Origin: Octopus vulgaris
Taxonomy: Eukaryota
Reading direction: 5' to 3'
Length of the DNA stretch: 64,000 nt
Assembly (NCBI GenBank): GCA_951406725.2
Contig: OX597819.1
Span: 25,482,001-25,546,000 of the forward strand
Shown in pieces: positions 13,968-28,950 of this stretch. The first letter of the stretch is position 1. Each line of letters begins with the position of its first letter. The notes under the pieces were generated by a model, which was not told the origin of the DNA, made no database searches, and was given only the letters and a program-made list of their open reading frames with translations. The position numbers and the translations under genes are program-made.

Positions 13968-14864
13968 CTTGTAGCTGTTTCGGCTCCTTCCACCTGGAAA
14001 CCAGAACTGCCCGAGATACGAGTATTGTGGTGCCAGATGCTGCGACTTGTGATCCAGAAGCTTCTATCGTAGTCAATTAAAATTCTAGTACAAAACCATA
14101 TGTAGCAATATAGTCACACAGAGGTTGAGAAGCTGCCGCTTAATAAGAAGCACGACATTCCCGAAACCTGTTCACTCTGCTATTATTATCACCTTCACAA
14201 AACTAATTGCCTCAGATTTGCACTCGGTGTTAGCCAGGCTTTGCATCCAATTGGCGGTAATCCCTTAGCTCTCGATAGGACACTGATATTGTCTCGAAGA
14301 AGCTTCTGTCTGCTGTAGGTGTCGACATTTGATGCCATTCCGTCCCTTCCTCAACCGGAATAACATTTGCTTTTTCCTCTCATAAATTCATCATTGCATC
14401 AGCTAGTCTTTTATTCAACCTTACACCAGACATCTCAAAACTACGAGATAGATAAAAGCCTACAGCTGCTAAAACACAGGGCAACTGCTGGATTGCATAC
14501 ACATTTGGTTTTCACCGTTTAACGGCAGGGTATGCAATTTCTGGTGGGTGTATTATTCATAATTCGCATGCATAGCACAATTACTACAACACTTAGTTGC
14601 CAGGATGTAGCTAACAATGACTTCATTGTTGCCAGTAATATTGGTACGAAGCCAATTTTTGTGAGAACGTGTGTTACAAATTGAAATGCAAAAAAACATT
14701 TGGCGTTATTAGAAATGCAAAGTGGGTTGGTGAAGAATTTGCAGTAATATTACAAAGTATTTAAATCTCAAATCTGACGGTTCTCTAACGACGTCTTCTA
14801 TTCATTTTACACTTAAATTAAAGCAACACCATTATTGATCCAGTCAAGCTTGAATTATCTGCGT

Positions 14865-15471
14865 ATACATACATACATACATACATACATACATACATAC
14901 ATACATACATGCATGCATACATACATGCATACATACATACATACATGCATACATACATACATGCATACATACATACATGCATACATACATACATGCATGC
15001 ATGCATACATACATACATACATACATACATACATACATACATACATACGTACATACATACATGCATACATACATGCATACATACATACATGCATACATAC
15101 ATACATACATGCATACATACATACATGCATACATACGTACATACATGCATACATACATACATATATACATACATGCATGCATGCATACGTTCATACATAC
15201 ATACATACATACGTACATACATGCATACATACATACATACATTCATACATGCATGCATACATACATACATGCATACATACATACATGCATACATACATAC
15301 ACATATACATAATACATACATACATGCATGCATACATACATACATGCATACATACATACATACATACATGCATACATACATGCATACATGCACACATACA
15401 CACATACATACATGCATACGTACATACATACATGCATACATACATGCATACATGCATACATATATATATAT
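14865..15471. repeat. (CATA/CATG)n tetranucleotide array
   Basis: Direct inspection. Confidence 0.97.
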
Positions 15472-15549
15472 AAAGTAAAAGCGATATGATTGAAGTAAAC
15501 AAGTAAGGCTATCTCATCCACTTACATGTTGCTTTAATCACAGTATTTG

Positions 15550-16420
15550 ACTGATAACTTGCTGAGAACCATCGTCGCCATGTATTCTACATCAACTTAC
15601 TGGCATTGTTTAATCTCGAAAATGTCCATAAGTAAATCGAATGTTGGTGGATAAGAATGAGCAACATTCTCCCAGTGTGAAACAGTTTTTAGGTTCCCTC
15701 CGGGACGGTTTACACTAGCAGACTGACAGAATGCTCTGGGCCCATGCTTACGTCAATAACGTACGATATTTTACCTTTTAATCCACTGTGTAATCTTTGT
15801 AGAATAGAATTGGTTTTCTTGGTGTAGTAAGATAATCATTTCAGTGGCGTTGATGATGTAATGGGTCTGGTGGAATTTATAGATGCAGCAAAAATGATTG
15901 TTATTGCTGTGTAATATTCTCTAATATCAAAAGTAGCATTCACCCTTAAATGGATGGAATTAAACCGATTTATCATTGAACTGTTATTATTCTATAATGG
16001 GAGTGGAGGCGAAAGCTCAACGAGGCTCCGGCAGGGGATGGTGGTGATCCCTGCTGTACTCTTTCACCACAACTTTCTCTCACTCTTACTTCCTGTTTCT
16101 GTTGTACCTGTATTTCAAAGGGCCGGCCTTGTCACTCTCTGTGTCACGCTGAATATCCTCGAGAACTACGTTAAGGGTACACGTGTCTGTGGAGTGCTCA
16201 GCCACTTACATGTTAATTTCACGAGCAGGCTGTTCCGTTGATCGGATCAACCGGAACCCTCGTCGTCGGGACCGACAGAGTGCTTCCATTCTAGAATGGG
16301 TGACGTGATATTTACTTCATATTTGGTATTTTTACAGATAATATCAGTTGTTGTTAATAGGATATTGGTGATGTTGAGTTTGTGGGTCTTCGAAAACAGG
16401 GAAACTGTGATGCCACTGTA
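15550..16420 (-). mobile_element. Decayed Penelope-like reverse transcriptase fragment, interrupted by SINE C
   Basis: Collinear frameshifted motifs on -: SKTHK (K.HK), SSMINRFNSI, ATFDIREYYTAIT (FD...Y.SI), VSMG, and a degenerate Y.DDG. Confidence 0.6.
16003..16287 (+). mobile_element. SINE family C with internal deletion of the tRNA head
   Basis: Matches 27566-27956. TSD ATTCTA(T/G)AATGGG at 15989-16001 and 16288-16300. Confidence 0.9.
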
Positions 16421-17776
16421 AAGTTAAAAAATAGTTGAATCTGTTTGATGATCGAATAATTCTTTTAAGCTGATGCCTACATTTTTAATGATAAAAACGC
16501 ATTTATACATACATGTATACATACATACGTACGTATTTGTATCAGACATACACATTTATACATATATTTATGTATCGCTCATACACACAAATATAGAACG
16601 TGACTGTGTGTATATCAAACAATATTTTTAATTTGTGGGTGTGACGTTTTTGTAATTCAATATGGTTTATCGCAAAATGAGAAACTGGTATTATATAAAA
16701 GATATCAAATAATATAAAAGAAAATATCACAATTGTATAAGTGACGATATAGAATTTTGTTGACACTTAATCATACAGACAGCTGAAGAGACAGGCATTT
16801 CAAGAGACGGATCTAGGAAGACAAATAAATAGACAGATATCAACTGATAAAAAAAAAATTAAAACTGATAGATAAATTGGTAGATTGGTAGACAGTGTGT
16901 TAAAAAATTAAATTAAATCAACTAACAAATTTCTCTAGACAGAGATCCCTTTGTCGGTGAAATAACTGGTGATTGGTGATTTGTATTGTGAGCGATTTCG
17001 TATTTAAACATCTAACCGCAGACATGCCATTTGTCTTTTTGTTAGTGTATTGATAACCAAGTAGCCAGTTACTGTTACTGTTCGAAGACATAGCTCTTGT
17101 GTCTGCATGCGTCTAGCTCATAGCATGTGCAGCTATGAGCTGCAATTGAACTGGTCTATGATTAAACAGCGTTTCGGATATAACGAAAGTTTACTGCACA
17201 TTTGTTTTCCACTAAGATCTCCTTCAATTTTTCTCCACAAGTTGGTCTTTCTTGGTACACTGTACATAGTTGTGTATTGTTTTGCAGAAATACTGCGTGA
17301 CCCCAAAATGAATATGTCATTTTGCATATTCTATCTGTCAAGCTATGCAACGTACACTTATATATGTAGACAACGATCGTTGGTTTTTAAACATATCGAT
17401 CAAACACTCTGCAACCTCCTAAAAGTGATATCAGTAGATAACAGCTACACCATCAGGTACTGCAGTATACGCTTCACAGAAGCCATGTAAACAACTGAAG
17501 TACTCCTGAAGAGAGACCTGAAACTTGCGACAGACTTCTTGCCACCAAATCTTAGATCCTTTTTACAGTTCTACACCATCAACAGCTCTTACGGGTAGAT
17601 CACCTCACTTACACATACATACATACATACATACATACATACATACATACATACACACATACATACATAGATACATACATACATACATACACACATTTAT
17701 ATATGCACACACACATTATCTATAAGTATATATATATGCATATGTATATAACATGTATGTATATATATATATATAA

Positions 17777-17828
<52 letters not shown>

Positions 17829-17829
<1 letters not shown>

Positions 17830-18009
17830 GGGGCAGGGATGACTATTTGGTAAGTAGCTAAGTAGCTTACTTACCAACCACATGGTTCTGGGTTCAGTCT
17901 CACTGCGCGGCACAATGGGCAAAGTATCTTCTAGTATGGCCTTGGGCCGACCAAAACCTTGTGAGTAGATTTGGTAGACGGAAACTGAAAGACGCCCGTC
18001 GTACACATG

Positions 18010-18081
<72 letters not shown>

Positions 18082-18302
18082 TGTATGTATGCATATGTTT
18101 GTGTGTCTGTTTGTCATCCCAACATCGCTTGACAACCGATGCTGGTGTATTTATCTTCCCCGTTACATATCGGTTCGGTAATAGAGACCGACAGAATAAG
18201 AACTAGGCTTACAAAGAATAAGTCCTGGGGGCGATTTTCTCGACTAAAGGCGGTGCTTCAGCATGGCCGTAGGCACATGACTGAGACAAATAAAAGAGTA
18301 AA
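17829..18302 (+). mobile_element. SINE family B
   Basis: Full-length match to family B. Confidence 0.9.
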
Positions 18303-18648
18303 TGGATAATAGAATATATTTATGTGTTTGTTTGTGGGGAAAAAGAAGAAATGAATGAAGGAAAGAAAGGACGAGAGAAAGAAGCAAAGACAGAAAGAAG
18401 GAGAGTGATTATTGTGCTGTTGCGATTAAACATTGTTTTTAGATGTGCGAGGACATTGATATTCGCTAAAAGATGAGATATTAAAAGAAAACAAATTCAT
18501 CAAATCATGCCAAATCACCGTGATATACAATATGAGCTATTACGTTAATTAGGGCTTTGATGTGTAACCATATTTACATGTGTGTTCACAAGCATTTGGA
18601 AAGATACATGTAACAACATAAATACACGGGCAGAGACAGAAAGATGAG

Positions 18649-18765
18649 GTCCTAACAGTGGAAGACATGGAACGCAGAGCATTTGCTTAGAGAGGTGCAT
18701 CACACTCTATTGTAGACACGTGGACGACACTTTGGTGTCCATTTGTTCCGAAGATGAGGTGGCGA
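18649..18765 (+). mobile_element. Decayed Penelope-like RT catalytic region
   Basis: VLTVEDMERRAF, then LYCRHVDDTLVSICSEDE (18705 onward); RYVDD motif with Y>H. Confidence 0.65.
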
Positions 18766-19137
18766 AGATAACACCCTCCACAGTATCATCAAATTTGACA
18801 TCAAGCACCCTACGACGAATATCTCTCTAACGTCCGCTCGGTATCACCCTGTCTCTTGTTTTCTCTGCTTGGGTTTCGAATACCCGTAAAAAATAAATCA
18901 CCACGGAGCAAGGAATGAGCAAAGACTGCACGGATAAACTTCGGAAAGATAACTGTCCCCCTGAGACTAATGATAACACTCTGTTGAATGATTGACTAAT
19001 GTAGTGTGTGCCTTAGAGAGACAGGCAGATGCATGCATCTTACTGTACATCTTCCAGTGATGTTAACCAGAACGATGCTTACAATGATAAGGATAGCAGG
19101 GGTCACAGTTAACTTGATCCTGGCTAAAGTTAAAGAA

Positions 19138-19440
19138 TAAAGATCCCCTTCGGTCATGGATGACCATGGAATTGTGCCTAGAGACGTGTCCTACGAGGTA
19201 GGAGTCCGAGCAAAGTTGTTTTGTGGAAGACCACCAGCCGCCCAAGCATACCAGTCTCCCTTCGCTACGCCACCGATGTTAACCAAGGGAAAGGCAAAAG
19301 TCTATACAGCTTGGTGCCAGTAACGTTGCAACTGATTTCTACAGCTGACTGAGCTGGAGCAACGTGAAATAAAGTGTCTTGCTCAGCAATACCACTTTCA
19401 ACCTGGTCCAGAATCAAACCGAATTCATAACCTCACGATT
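19138..19440 (-). mobile_element. SINE family I
   Basis: Reverse complement of the body and tail of 32716-33002 (CCATGGTCATCCATGACCGAAGGG). Confidence 0.75.
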
Positions 19441-19889
19441 GTCCTGGAATTTTGGGGAGGGGTTAGTCGATTACATCGACCCCAGGGTTTCACCGGTACT
19501 TAATTTATCGACCCTGAAAGGACGGAAGGCAAAGTGGACCTCGGCGTAATTTGAACTCTGAACGTAGCGACGGGCGAAATGCCGCTAAGCATTTCATCAA
19601 ACGTGCTAATGATTCTGCCAGCTCGCCGCCTTTAACCACACAAATAATGAGAACATTCAGGCAGTGATGCGTACAGTAAAAGTATCAGGGTGAAAAGTAA
19701 GGAAAGTAAAGAACATTATGGGAGAAAGAGAAAAAAGAATCTAATAGAAATAAAAATAGTCTGTGTCGATCAGTCATACAGCAGAAGATTCGAAGCCACC
19801 ACCACCACCACCAACAACAACAACACACACACACACACACACACACCACGCGCGCACGTACATAAACAAAAATTATGTTCTCTTAGACA

Positions 19890-19995
19890 CCGTCCTGTGA
19901 TGTCAGAGAAGCGTTCAGAAGATGTGTTTGAAAGCTAACGTTGTTCAGAAACTCAGTTGTACGTGCAGAGCAAGATACATTGGATCGACAATTCA
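19890..19995 (+). mobile_element. Decayed Penelope-like GIY-YIG endonuclease fragment
   Basis: NVVQKLSCTCRARYIGST matches PLE NVVY...C.C...YIG.T. Same strand as, and downstream of, the RT fragment at 18649. Confidence 0.7.
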
Positions 19996-20314
19996 AAACG
20001 ACAAATTCATCAAAGGATTGGATTATGGAGCTTTCCATACGAACTTAATATCTTCAGTGTTGTATTGTAAATACAGATTAACATGTGGAGGAATCATATC
20101 AACGGAAATTTTAGCGGATAAGACGCATGAAAACACATGTACTGTTTCTCTGAAAAATATTGTGCCTGTCTACTGAGTTATCGGAATGTTAAAACACAAA
20201 CAGCTAGATTAAGGAGGAATAATTAAATGTGGAAACGCACAAAGTCAGCAGTAACTAATTATCCAGCAACAAAGTTCAGCAAACTGTCATTCGCTAAGTT
20301 AACTATTTTCTATG

Positions 20315-20385
<71 letters not shown>

Positions 20386-20581
20386 CCGCCATCCATCCAT
20401 CCATCCACTCATCCATCAATCTTTTCTATTATTATATGTGCAAGGCCTGAAGTTTTAAGGGAGGGATTATATCAACCTCAGAATTTCATTGGTACGTAAT
20501 TTATCGACTCCAAAAGGATGAAAGGCAAAGTCGACATCGACGTAATTTGAACTCAGAATGTGGCGACGGGCGAAATACTCC

Positions 20582-20669
<88 letters not shown>

Positions 20670-21354
20670 CATTTTCGACAGATTTAGCTTCCCCATCCAT
20701 CCATCCATCCATCCGTCCGTCCGTCCTTTCATCTCTATGTATCTTTCTACTGTTATCCATCTAATTATCTTTCTGTTTCTGTCCATGTATTTATGTTGTT
20801 CCCTGTATCTTTCGAAATACTTGTGAAAACATGTATAAATATGATTACACATGAGAGCCCTAACCAGCGACATTGCTCACTTTGTATGTCTCAGTGTTCT
20901 GGCACATCCTCATGAATTCATTTTTTTTGCTTATATCTCGTTTTTAGCGAATATCAATGTCTTTAAGCCATGTTGGATCGCAACGGCACCACATTCACTG
21001 CGTCTCTTTCTATCCTTTTTCTTTCTTTTTTTCTTTTTTTCTTTTTTTCTTTCATTCATTTTTCTCTCTTCCTTCTTTCTCCATATATCTGTAGGGTACC
21101 GGATATAATTCCTTGCGACGTTTATTCTTGAATTTTTACGTTCTCGGTTCAAGTCCGTCGCGGGCAAATTTTACCTTTCATTTTTTTTTTTTGCGTGGGG
21201 TGGGGTGCGATAAAATAGAAATAGCGTATCGGTCGAACACTGAGATTCATAGTGTCAGGCGTAGGATGTGAATTGTGTTTAGTAGAGCTATGTGCGTGAC
21301 TATGCACACATACACATATGTACATACACACATACATGCATGTATATTCTGTTG

Positions 21355-21572
21355 TTCTTTTACTCTTTTACTTGTTTCAGTCATTTGACTGCGGCAGTTG
21401 CTGGAGCACCGCCTTTAGTCGAACAAGTCGACCCCAGGACTTATTCCCTGTAAGCCTAGTACTTATTCTATCGGTTCCTTTTGCCGAACCGCAAAGGTAC
21501 GGGTAGGTAAACACACCAACATCAGTTGTCAAGCGATGGTGGGAGGGACAAACACAGACGCACACACACACA

Positions 21573-21612
<40 letters not shown>

Positions 21613-21768
21613 ACACGGCATAATTCTTTCAGGTTCCGTCAACCGAATCCACTGACAAGGCTTTGGTCGGCCCGCGGCTATAGTAGAAATCACATGTCCA
21701 AAGAGCCACGCAGTTTTACTGAACCCGGAACCATGTGGTTGGTAAGCAAGCTAAAACCACACAGCCAC
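21355..21768 (-). mobile_element. SINE family B
   Basis: Family B match. Confidence 0.88.
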
Positions 21769-21797
21769 ATTTGTGTGAGTGTCTATGTATACATGCA

Positions 21798-22075
21798 TTC
21801 CGTCGGTTACGACGACGGGGGCTTCAGGTGATCCGATCAACAGAACAACTTGCTCGTAAAAAGATCGTAGTTCTCAGGGAGATTCAGCGTGACACAGAGT
21901 GTAACAAGTGTGGACCTTTGAAATACAGGTACTACTCATTTTTGCCAACTGAGTGTACGGGAGTAACGTGAAATAAGGTGTCTGGCTCGAGGAATCAACA
22001 CATCGGCGGGAATTGAACTTACGATTTTACGATCTTGAGCCGAATACTCTAACCACTAAGCCACGCGCCTTCACA
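21798..22075 (-). mobile_element. Hybrid SINE: tRNA head + family I central domain + family C tail
   Basis: Tail CGTCGTCGTAACCGACGG as in C; middle ACACCTTATTTCACGTTAC...CTCAGTTGGCAAAAATGAGTA as in I. Confidence 0.75.
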
Positions 22076-22183
22076 TGTATATATACTCACATGAATATGG
22101 TGTTGAATTACATGCATGCAGTCGTCCATGACAAGTAGCGTCCTTAGAGCGTCGCATGGAAAGCCTGGCGGTATTAGGTTTGA

Positions 22184-22586
22184 AAGCGGCGAGCTGGCAG
22201 AATCGTTAGCACGTCGGGCGAAATGCTTAGCGGTAATTTCGGGTGCCGTTACGTTGTGAGTTCAAATTGCGCCGTGGTCGAGTTTGCCTTTCATCCTTTC
22301 GGGGTCGATAAATTAAGTACCAGTTACTCCCTGGGGTCGATGTAATCGACCTAATACCTATGTCTGTCCTTGTTTGTCCCTTCTGTGTTTAGCCCCTTGT
22401 GGGTAATAAAGAAATAGGTATTTCGGCTGCCGTTACGTTCTGAGTTCAAATTCCGCCGAGGTCGACTTTGTCTTTCATCCTTTCGGGGTCGATAAATTAA
22501 GTACCAGTTGTGTACTGGGGTCGATCTTTGTCTGTCCTTGTTTGAACCCTCTACGTTTAGCCTTTTGTGGGCAATAAAGAAATAGG
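22184..22586 (+). mobile_element. SINE family A, internally dimeric
   Basis: Tail AAAGAAATAG runs into internal GTATTTCG at ~22418. TSD ATTAGGTTTGA at 22173-22183 and 22588-22598. Confidence 0.92.
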
Positions 22587-23138
22587 CATTAGGTTTGATT
22601 TCTACTTAAGTCTAGATTAACTTTAACTTCTTCCTGGTCAGTTGCAGGGAGGTTAAAGCAGCGAGTAATAACTGTTTCAGTTATGTGTTCTGAGTTCGAA
22701 TCCAACCTATTGCCACTGTAAAAGACGACGGTGATAGGCTGGAAAGTTCTTAAGCAAGTGTCATGCATTTAGTTCATCGGTTGTAATTCCAGCAGACTAA
22801 ATGCATAAAGAAAATGCAAAGAACTTTCAAGAACCGCACACACAACGTGAGAACGATATTAAAAGCTTATTGCATATTACACAGGTGTGCACACACAAAG
22901 AATATATATGCACAGGCACAAACATAAATGTATATGTGTGTATGTGTGTATGTGTGTGTGTGTATGTGTGCGTGTGTGTGTGTGCGTGTGTATTGTATGA
23001 ATAATACACAAGAGAAGGGAAATCTCCCAGTCTATAAATTTATTAAGGTCATGCACAGCATTCTCTTGTGGACCTGCACACGTTTTAACAGCATATATAC
23101 ATATATACACAGAAAGATGAATGAATTAATGGACAAAT

Positions 23139-23401
<263 letters not shown>

Positions 23402-24100
23402 AATGTATATGTTGTATATGTATACGAACATGGCAAACCACTTCAAATTTCTTATTAATTCTTGAGTTCATTTATGTTTGATGACCCTATATCATTATCA
23501 CTATTATATAGGAAATAGAGAACCATAGCCAGTGTGAAACCTTTAAGTAAATCCATCACGCGATGCATAATTAAATAATTTGTCTTATACTGAAATATCC
23601 TCTCTCCATTATATACTGCTAAGTGACCTTTTCACGTGTTATCTGTACCGTGTCAAGTAAAATGGATTGTTCCAGATTTAGAAATTTGAGAATATGATCA
23701 TTTTCAATAATTCTAACCGCTATTGTTCCTGTAACAATTCTTTAACTACTAAACGACGTAGAATGGAATAAAACAGTTACACTCACAATCATTTCGTATC
23801 TTGTTTTGTTTCTAATATAAAAGGTTTTGATATCACTGATTGCTCACCTTACATAATTGATGTTATATGTTGATAATTGCTATCATAATTTGATGATAAA
23901 TTGTGAATTAACGACTGATATTTAAGTGGCATTAGTAATGGTACTGATACGATGGATTTCATTTGAAAGTCATTTAAAGTTTCGTGAAGACGGTTCTGCC
24001 ATACTGTGTCAGAAGTTCACTCATTTCCGTTCGGTTTTAAATCGCATTTGTCAAAGTAATAAAGAAATCTAAAGCAATTGTTCAAAGTAAAATTTCTATA

Positions 24101-24288
24101 GGCGCAGGAGTGGCTGTGTAGTAAGTAGCTCACTTACCAACCATATGGTTCCGGGCTCAGTCCCACTGCGTGGTACCTTGGGCAGGTGTCTTCTACTATA
24201 GCCTCGGGCCGACCAAAGCCTTGTGAGTGGATTTGGTAGACGGAAACTGAAAAGAAGCCCATCGTATATATGTATATCTATCTATCTA

Positions 24289-24324
<36 letters not shown>

Positions 24325-24560
24325 ATATATATATATTTATGTGTGTGTGTGTGTGTCTGTGTCTGTGTTTGTCGCCCCAACATCACTTGACAACCGATGC
24401 TGGTGTGTTCACGTCCCCGTCACCTAGCGTTTCTGCAAAAGAGACCGATAGAATAAGTACTAGGCTTACAAAGAATAAGTCTTGGGGTGGATTTGCTCGA
24501 CTAAAGGCAGTGCTCCAGCATGGCCGCAGTCAAATGGCTGAAACAAGTAAAAGAGTAAAA
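24101..24560 (+). mobile_element. SINE family B, full length
   Basis: GGCGCAGGAGTGGCTGTG head to ACAAGTAAAAGAGTAAAA tail. Confidence 0.92.
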
Positions 24561-26071
24561 TAGTATATGAACTAGAAGTGATTTGAGTTTCGATGGATAA
24601 GGTATCTCACAACTTGCTGTGTACATTCCCTGTCTCTGTATTTGATTTATCGACAACCTAGTCCGTGATAATGCTGAATCACAACTTGCAACGGCGTTTC
24701 ATATTTCATATTGTAACCGGGATTCGAATCCTAACCGCTGTATACTCGGCCAAGTACCAAGAGTGAGCCACCACAGTTTCATATGATTGATCTATAAATC
24801 AACCAATCGGAGTGAAGCTGTGGCGTGATTTGATTTCCTCGAATGTTCTAAAACTTAACCTCTTGTCCCCTATAAAAAACTATTCCTTCTTTCTCGAAAG
24901 TGTCTTTTTATGCATTTCATTATCAAATGACTTTGAGTACGACTTGAGACAAATATCATTGTATTTTTATTAGGTCGAAGGGCCACATAATCGTTTCAAT
25001 GTTGGCTAGGCTATGGTCGACATTATACAGTAACTAAAATGAAATTTTGATAAGATATATCACACTGCTCCAGGCCATTCACTTGAAAACGAATGCAAGC
25101 CATGTGCTGGTGCAGTTGTCATATCTTCGTATTTGCGCTGTATCAAGGATGAGAGGGCTCATCCTTGTGTATGTCTATTTGTGACAATAGCAAGGCTAAA
25201 CATTTGTAAAGAGACGTAAATACGACTTTTTCTTTATTGCTCCCTCAGAAGAAAGACTGGTTCCATGACACTTAAGAGATTGTAATATGTTAAAATCTGC
25301 AGAAAAAAACGTTTAAAGATTGAGCAGTGAGGATCAACCGGATGATGAATCAAGTCTACTGCTGACATAGAATAGTATGGGAACTGAACAGAGAGCACAA
25401 CGTGATGGAACAAATACTGCAGTGTACCTTATCCGATGCTTTAACGATTCAGCGAGTGTCGTATTTATCGCTCCTGTCCCGGAAGAAAAAAGGAGAACAG
25501 ATGACGTCGGTAGTATTCAAACTCAGAGAGAAAGAAGTTGGAATGAGAGCGCGAGTATTTCAACCTGTCACTCTTACTCTTGTACCTTGCCTTGAAATAT
25601 TTGTACGAATGCAAACTCAACATCTGAAAACTAAAAGTCACTGTTATTGAGTACGATGTATATATATATATATTTTACAAATTTGAACTTCGATTTGGGA
25701 AACTGAAAGGGCGTGTGAAGCATTGAAGCATTTTTACTCAATGCCTCGCACGTCCTTTCGATTACCCAAATTTGTAAAATTAATATACAAAGTAAATTTT
25801 ATATCCGGATAATATAGTGTCCTGTTTTATGAAAGAAATGCTATGAAACTGAAATTAAACATTTTCCTGCCGCTTAATGCCCTGGTTCTTGTCGTTTTAT
25901 ATAAATTGGTTTTAACATATATTGCTGCGAATGGCAAACCAAATTATCAGAACTAACTCTTTAACCCTCCTCTCTCAGGCAATTCTCTCCCCCTCCATCT
26001 CTATCCCCATCCTCTCACTCTGTCTATATATGTACACATATATACATACGTACACATATACATATGCATAC

Positions 26072-26113
<42 letters not shown>

Positions 26114-26120
26114 GTATATG

Positions 26121-26213
<93 letters not shown>

Positions 26214-27269
26214 CGTGCATATATATATGTATGTATGTGCATATATATGTGTATGTATATACGTATGCATGTATGTGTTTATTTTTGTAAGAGCATATGT
26301 ATGCTCAATTATCACACACACACACACATACACACACATACACACATATTTGTTGTGCATTTTCAAGCAACTCTGAGTGTAGGTAGAATATAATTCTGTA
26401 AATTAATCAACAATAAACATAGAGTTAACTCAACTTCCTGAAGGAATATGTTCTATATTTAATATGTGAAACCTTCGTTCATGCGTACATGTACACACGT
26501 GTGCATATACACGAACGCACACAAACTCGCAAATATATGTGTACGTAATAAACATATATATATATATATATATACATATATATTTTTAGTGTGTATGTAT
26601 GTATGTATGTATGTATGTATGTATGTATGTATGTATGTATGTGTATATATATATATATATATATATTTGTGTGTGTGTTTGAGTGTTTGTACGTGTATAT
26701 GTGTGTAAAACTTCTGAAAATTTTCCGAATATCGAATTGCACGCAGAAATTATCGGTCAACCCGAGGCTATAGAGGAAAGATACTCATAACGTGAGGCAT
26801 ATCAACATCTTTCGGATGATTTTTTTGTCAGAAAGATGACTCTCATATATATATATATATATCTTCATCCATTAATAAAATATTCATTTTAGTCTTTATT
26901 CATCTCAATAAATAATCAAAAATAAATATGACAAAAAGGTTTTAACGATACGAGGCATAGTAGCAGTGTGTTATCTCCACGGCCAAATCACTTTCACTCG
27001 TGATCATCCAATTGTTGCCGTAAGTCAACTGAAATAAAATTCCCACCGATAAGCGTTGGTTCTGTGCAGTTGTTAATAAACTTTATCTAACTTCCATTAT
27101 TGTTATTAAATATTTCCGTTGCTAAAAATCACTTAAAACACTAAACTTCATGGCACTCTTTGCCTCGCACTTAGATTACCTCATTGCATAGCTCATTTTC
27201 TATTAGAATATGCTTTTAAAGTTTGGTAAGTTTTAATTTATCATTTAATAGTTTAGTTTAGAAAGAGAT

Positions 27270-28100
27270 TATGTGTCCGTGGCATTGGTAGACTTTCAAA
27301 GTCCAGTAAACTGGATGCAATTAATGTTATTCTTGACTAGTTTTAAGTCGACGGCTATAGGAAGTTGTGTTGAGGATGTTATGTTGAAAGGGGTTATATT
27401 CTGGATAGGGAAAGTCTGAATGTAATGTTTGTGCAGCGTTTTAGGGTCATTTTAATTTACTCACTGAGTTTAGAAGTAGAAGCAATGTTAACAACCTTTG
27501 CAAGCTCTCCAGACCAGAGAGTTGATGTCGGTAAGGTCCGTCGAAAGTGTTACAGATCTGGGACTGGGAAGCACTCCGTCGGTTACAACGACGAGGGTTC
27601 CGGTTGATCCGATCAACGGAACAGCCCGCTCGTGAAATTAACGTGTAAGTGGCTGAGCACTCCACAGACACGTGTACCCTAAACGTAATTCTCGGGGATA
27701 TTCAGCGTAACACAGAGAGTGACAAGGCCGGCCCTTTGAAATACAGGTACAACAGAAACAGGAAGTAAGAGTGAGAGAAAGTTGTGGTGAAAGAGTACAG
27801 CAGGGAACACCACCACACCACTATCCCTGCCGGAGCCTCGTGGAGCTTTAGGTGTTTTCGCTCAATAAACACTCACAACGCCCGGTCTGGGAATCGAAAC
27901 CGCGATCCTACGACCGCGAGTCCGCTGCCCTAACCACTGGGCCATTGCGCCTCCACGTTACAGATCAACACTTATTGGAAAGTACGAGAATGGTTGAGAT
28001 TCGAGGGTTACCAATTTCTGGGGAGGAGGATTTGGAATAGTGTTTACTGCAGGGCCAGGAAATTTGATAAGCTTTGATACCTTGAAACTTATTGTTCGTA
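27270..28100 (-). mobile_element. Possible highly decayed PLE GIY-YIG region interrupted by SINE C
   Basis: AYQISWPCSKHY-like motif and a downstream KHYIQTF-like motif on -; weak. Confidence 0.35.
27566..27956 (-). mobile_element. tRNA(Arg-like)-derived SINE family C, full length
   Basis: Head TGGCCCAGTGGTTAGGG...GGTTTCGATTCCC. TSD GTTACAGATC at 27549-27558 and 27957-27966. Confidence 0.93.
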
Positions 28101-28298
28101 TTCTCTTCTATTATATATACATCAGGTAGACCACTAATTGCCTATAACTAATTATAGGCAATTATTTTTGTGGATTCTTTATCCCTGCGCTTTTAATCGC
28201 AGTTTAGACACCAGGCTTGTTTGAAACATGTATATACCTATTATCTTTTTCTTTTGACATCGTCTCACCTATGATATATATATATATACATATATATA

Positions 28299-28950
28299 CG
28301 AGCAAAACGCCCCCCGTCCAATGGACGGTGCTGAGTTGTCAAATATTTAAACAAAATTTTCTCAAAACAACTTGTCCGACCGTTCGATAGGCCTTCCCTC
28401 TGAGAAACACTGTTTTAACCTAAATTTGAGACACCAGCAAAAGAAGAAATAAAGATAGACTTTTTTCTGTCCCCCACCCAAACAAAGAAAACGATTTTAT
28501 TCACACAAATATGCAACCGAAGAGTTTAAAGTACCAGTAATGATAAGGCTGTTGACTGGGAGAACACAAACATGGTTTAAACAGAAAGCTTGGCAGGAAA
28601 GAAACGTTTGAAGAAAATATCTCTTTTGCATCTTACTTTTTTGGTCTCTTAAATATACTGCATTTTGTGGCATTATTTCAAGCCAGCCAGCTTTTTTGCG
28701 CAAACTGCACTTGTATTTTTCTCGCGTAGTATCGATCGCAACAGCTGATGTAATTGCGAATACAAATGCACGTTCCCACGGCTTTATCGATCGCATTCTC
28801 ACCTGGAATCGACTTTTGCAATTTTTTCAAGACTCATACATGCCCTGATACCGTCGGTATCTACATATCAAATTCGAGCGCAATCGGATGGAGGATGCCC
28901 GATATCCTAGAAGACTCACACACAGACAGACAGAACGGATTTTATATTAT
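28299..28950 (-). mobile_element. Non-autonomous Helitron-like element (family H)
   Basis: Homologous to 47301-48059. 3' hairpin CCGTCCATTGGACGG shortly before a CTCG end; 5' microsatellite; in (TA)n with no TSD seen. Confidence 0.75.

Noticed and set aside
14818-15521. Overlapping MYVC/HTYI ORFs up to 212 aa
   Set aside because: Translations of (CATA)n. The same applies to the YI/VC/HT/LSIY ORFs throughout the window.
15954-16241. Recurrent ORF (VIPAVLFHHNFLS...) suggesting a gene family
   Set aside because: Chance reading frame in SINE C; indels between copies break it.
17503-17535. CTGAAGA...GAAA hammerhead-like string
   Set aside because: No credible stems I and II, and no properly placed UH triplet.
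27880-27956. SINE heads as tRNA genes
   Set aside because: A/B boxes present but no full cloverleaf; continuous with SINE bodies and flanked by TSDs.
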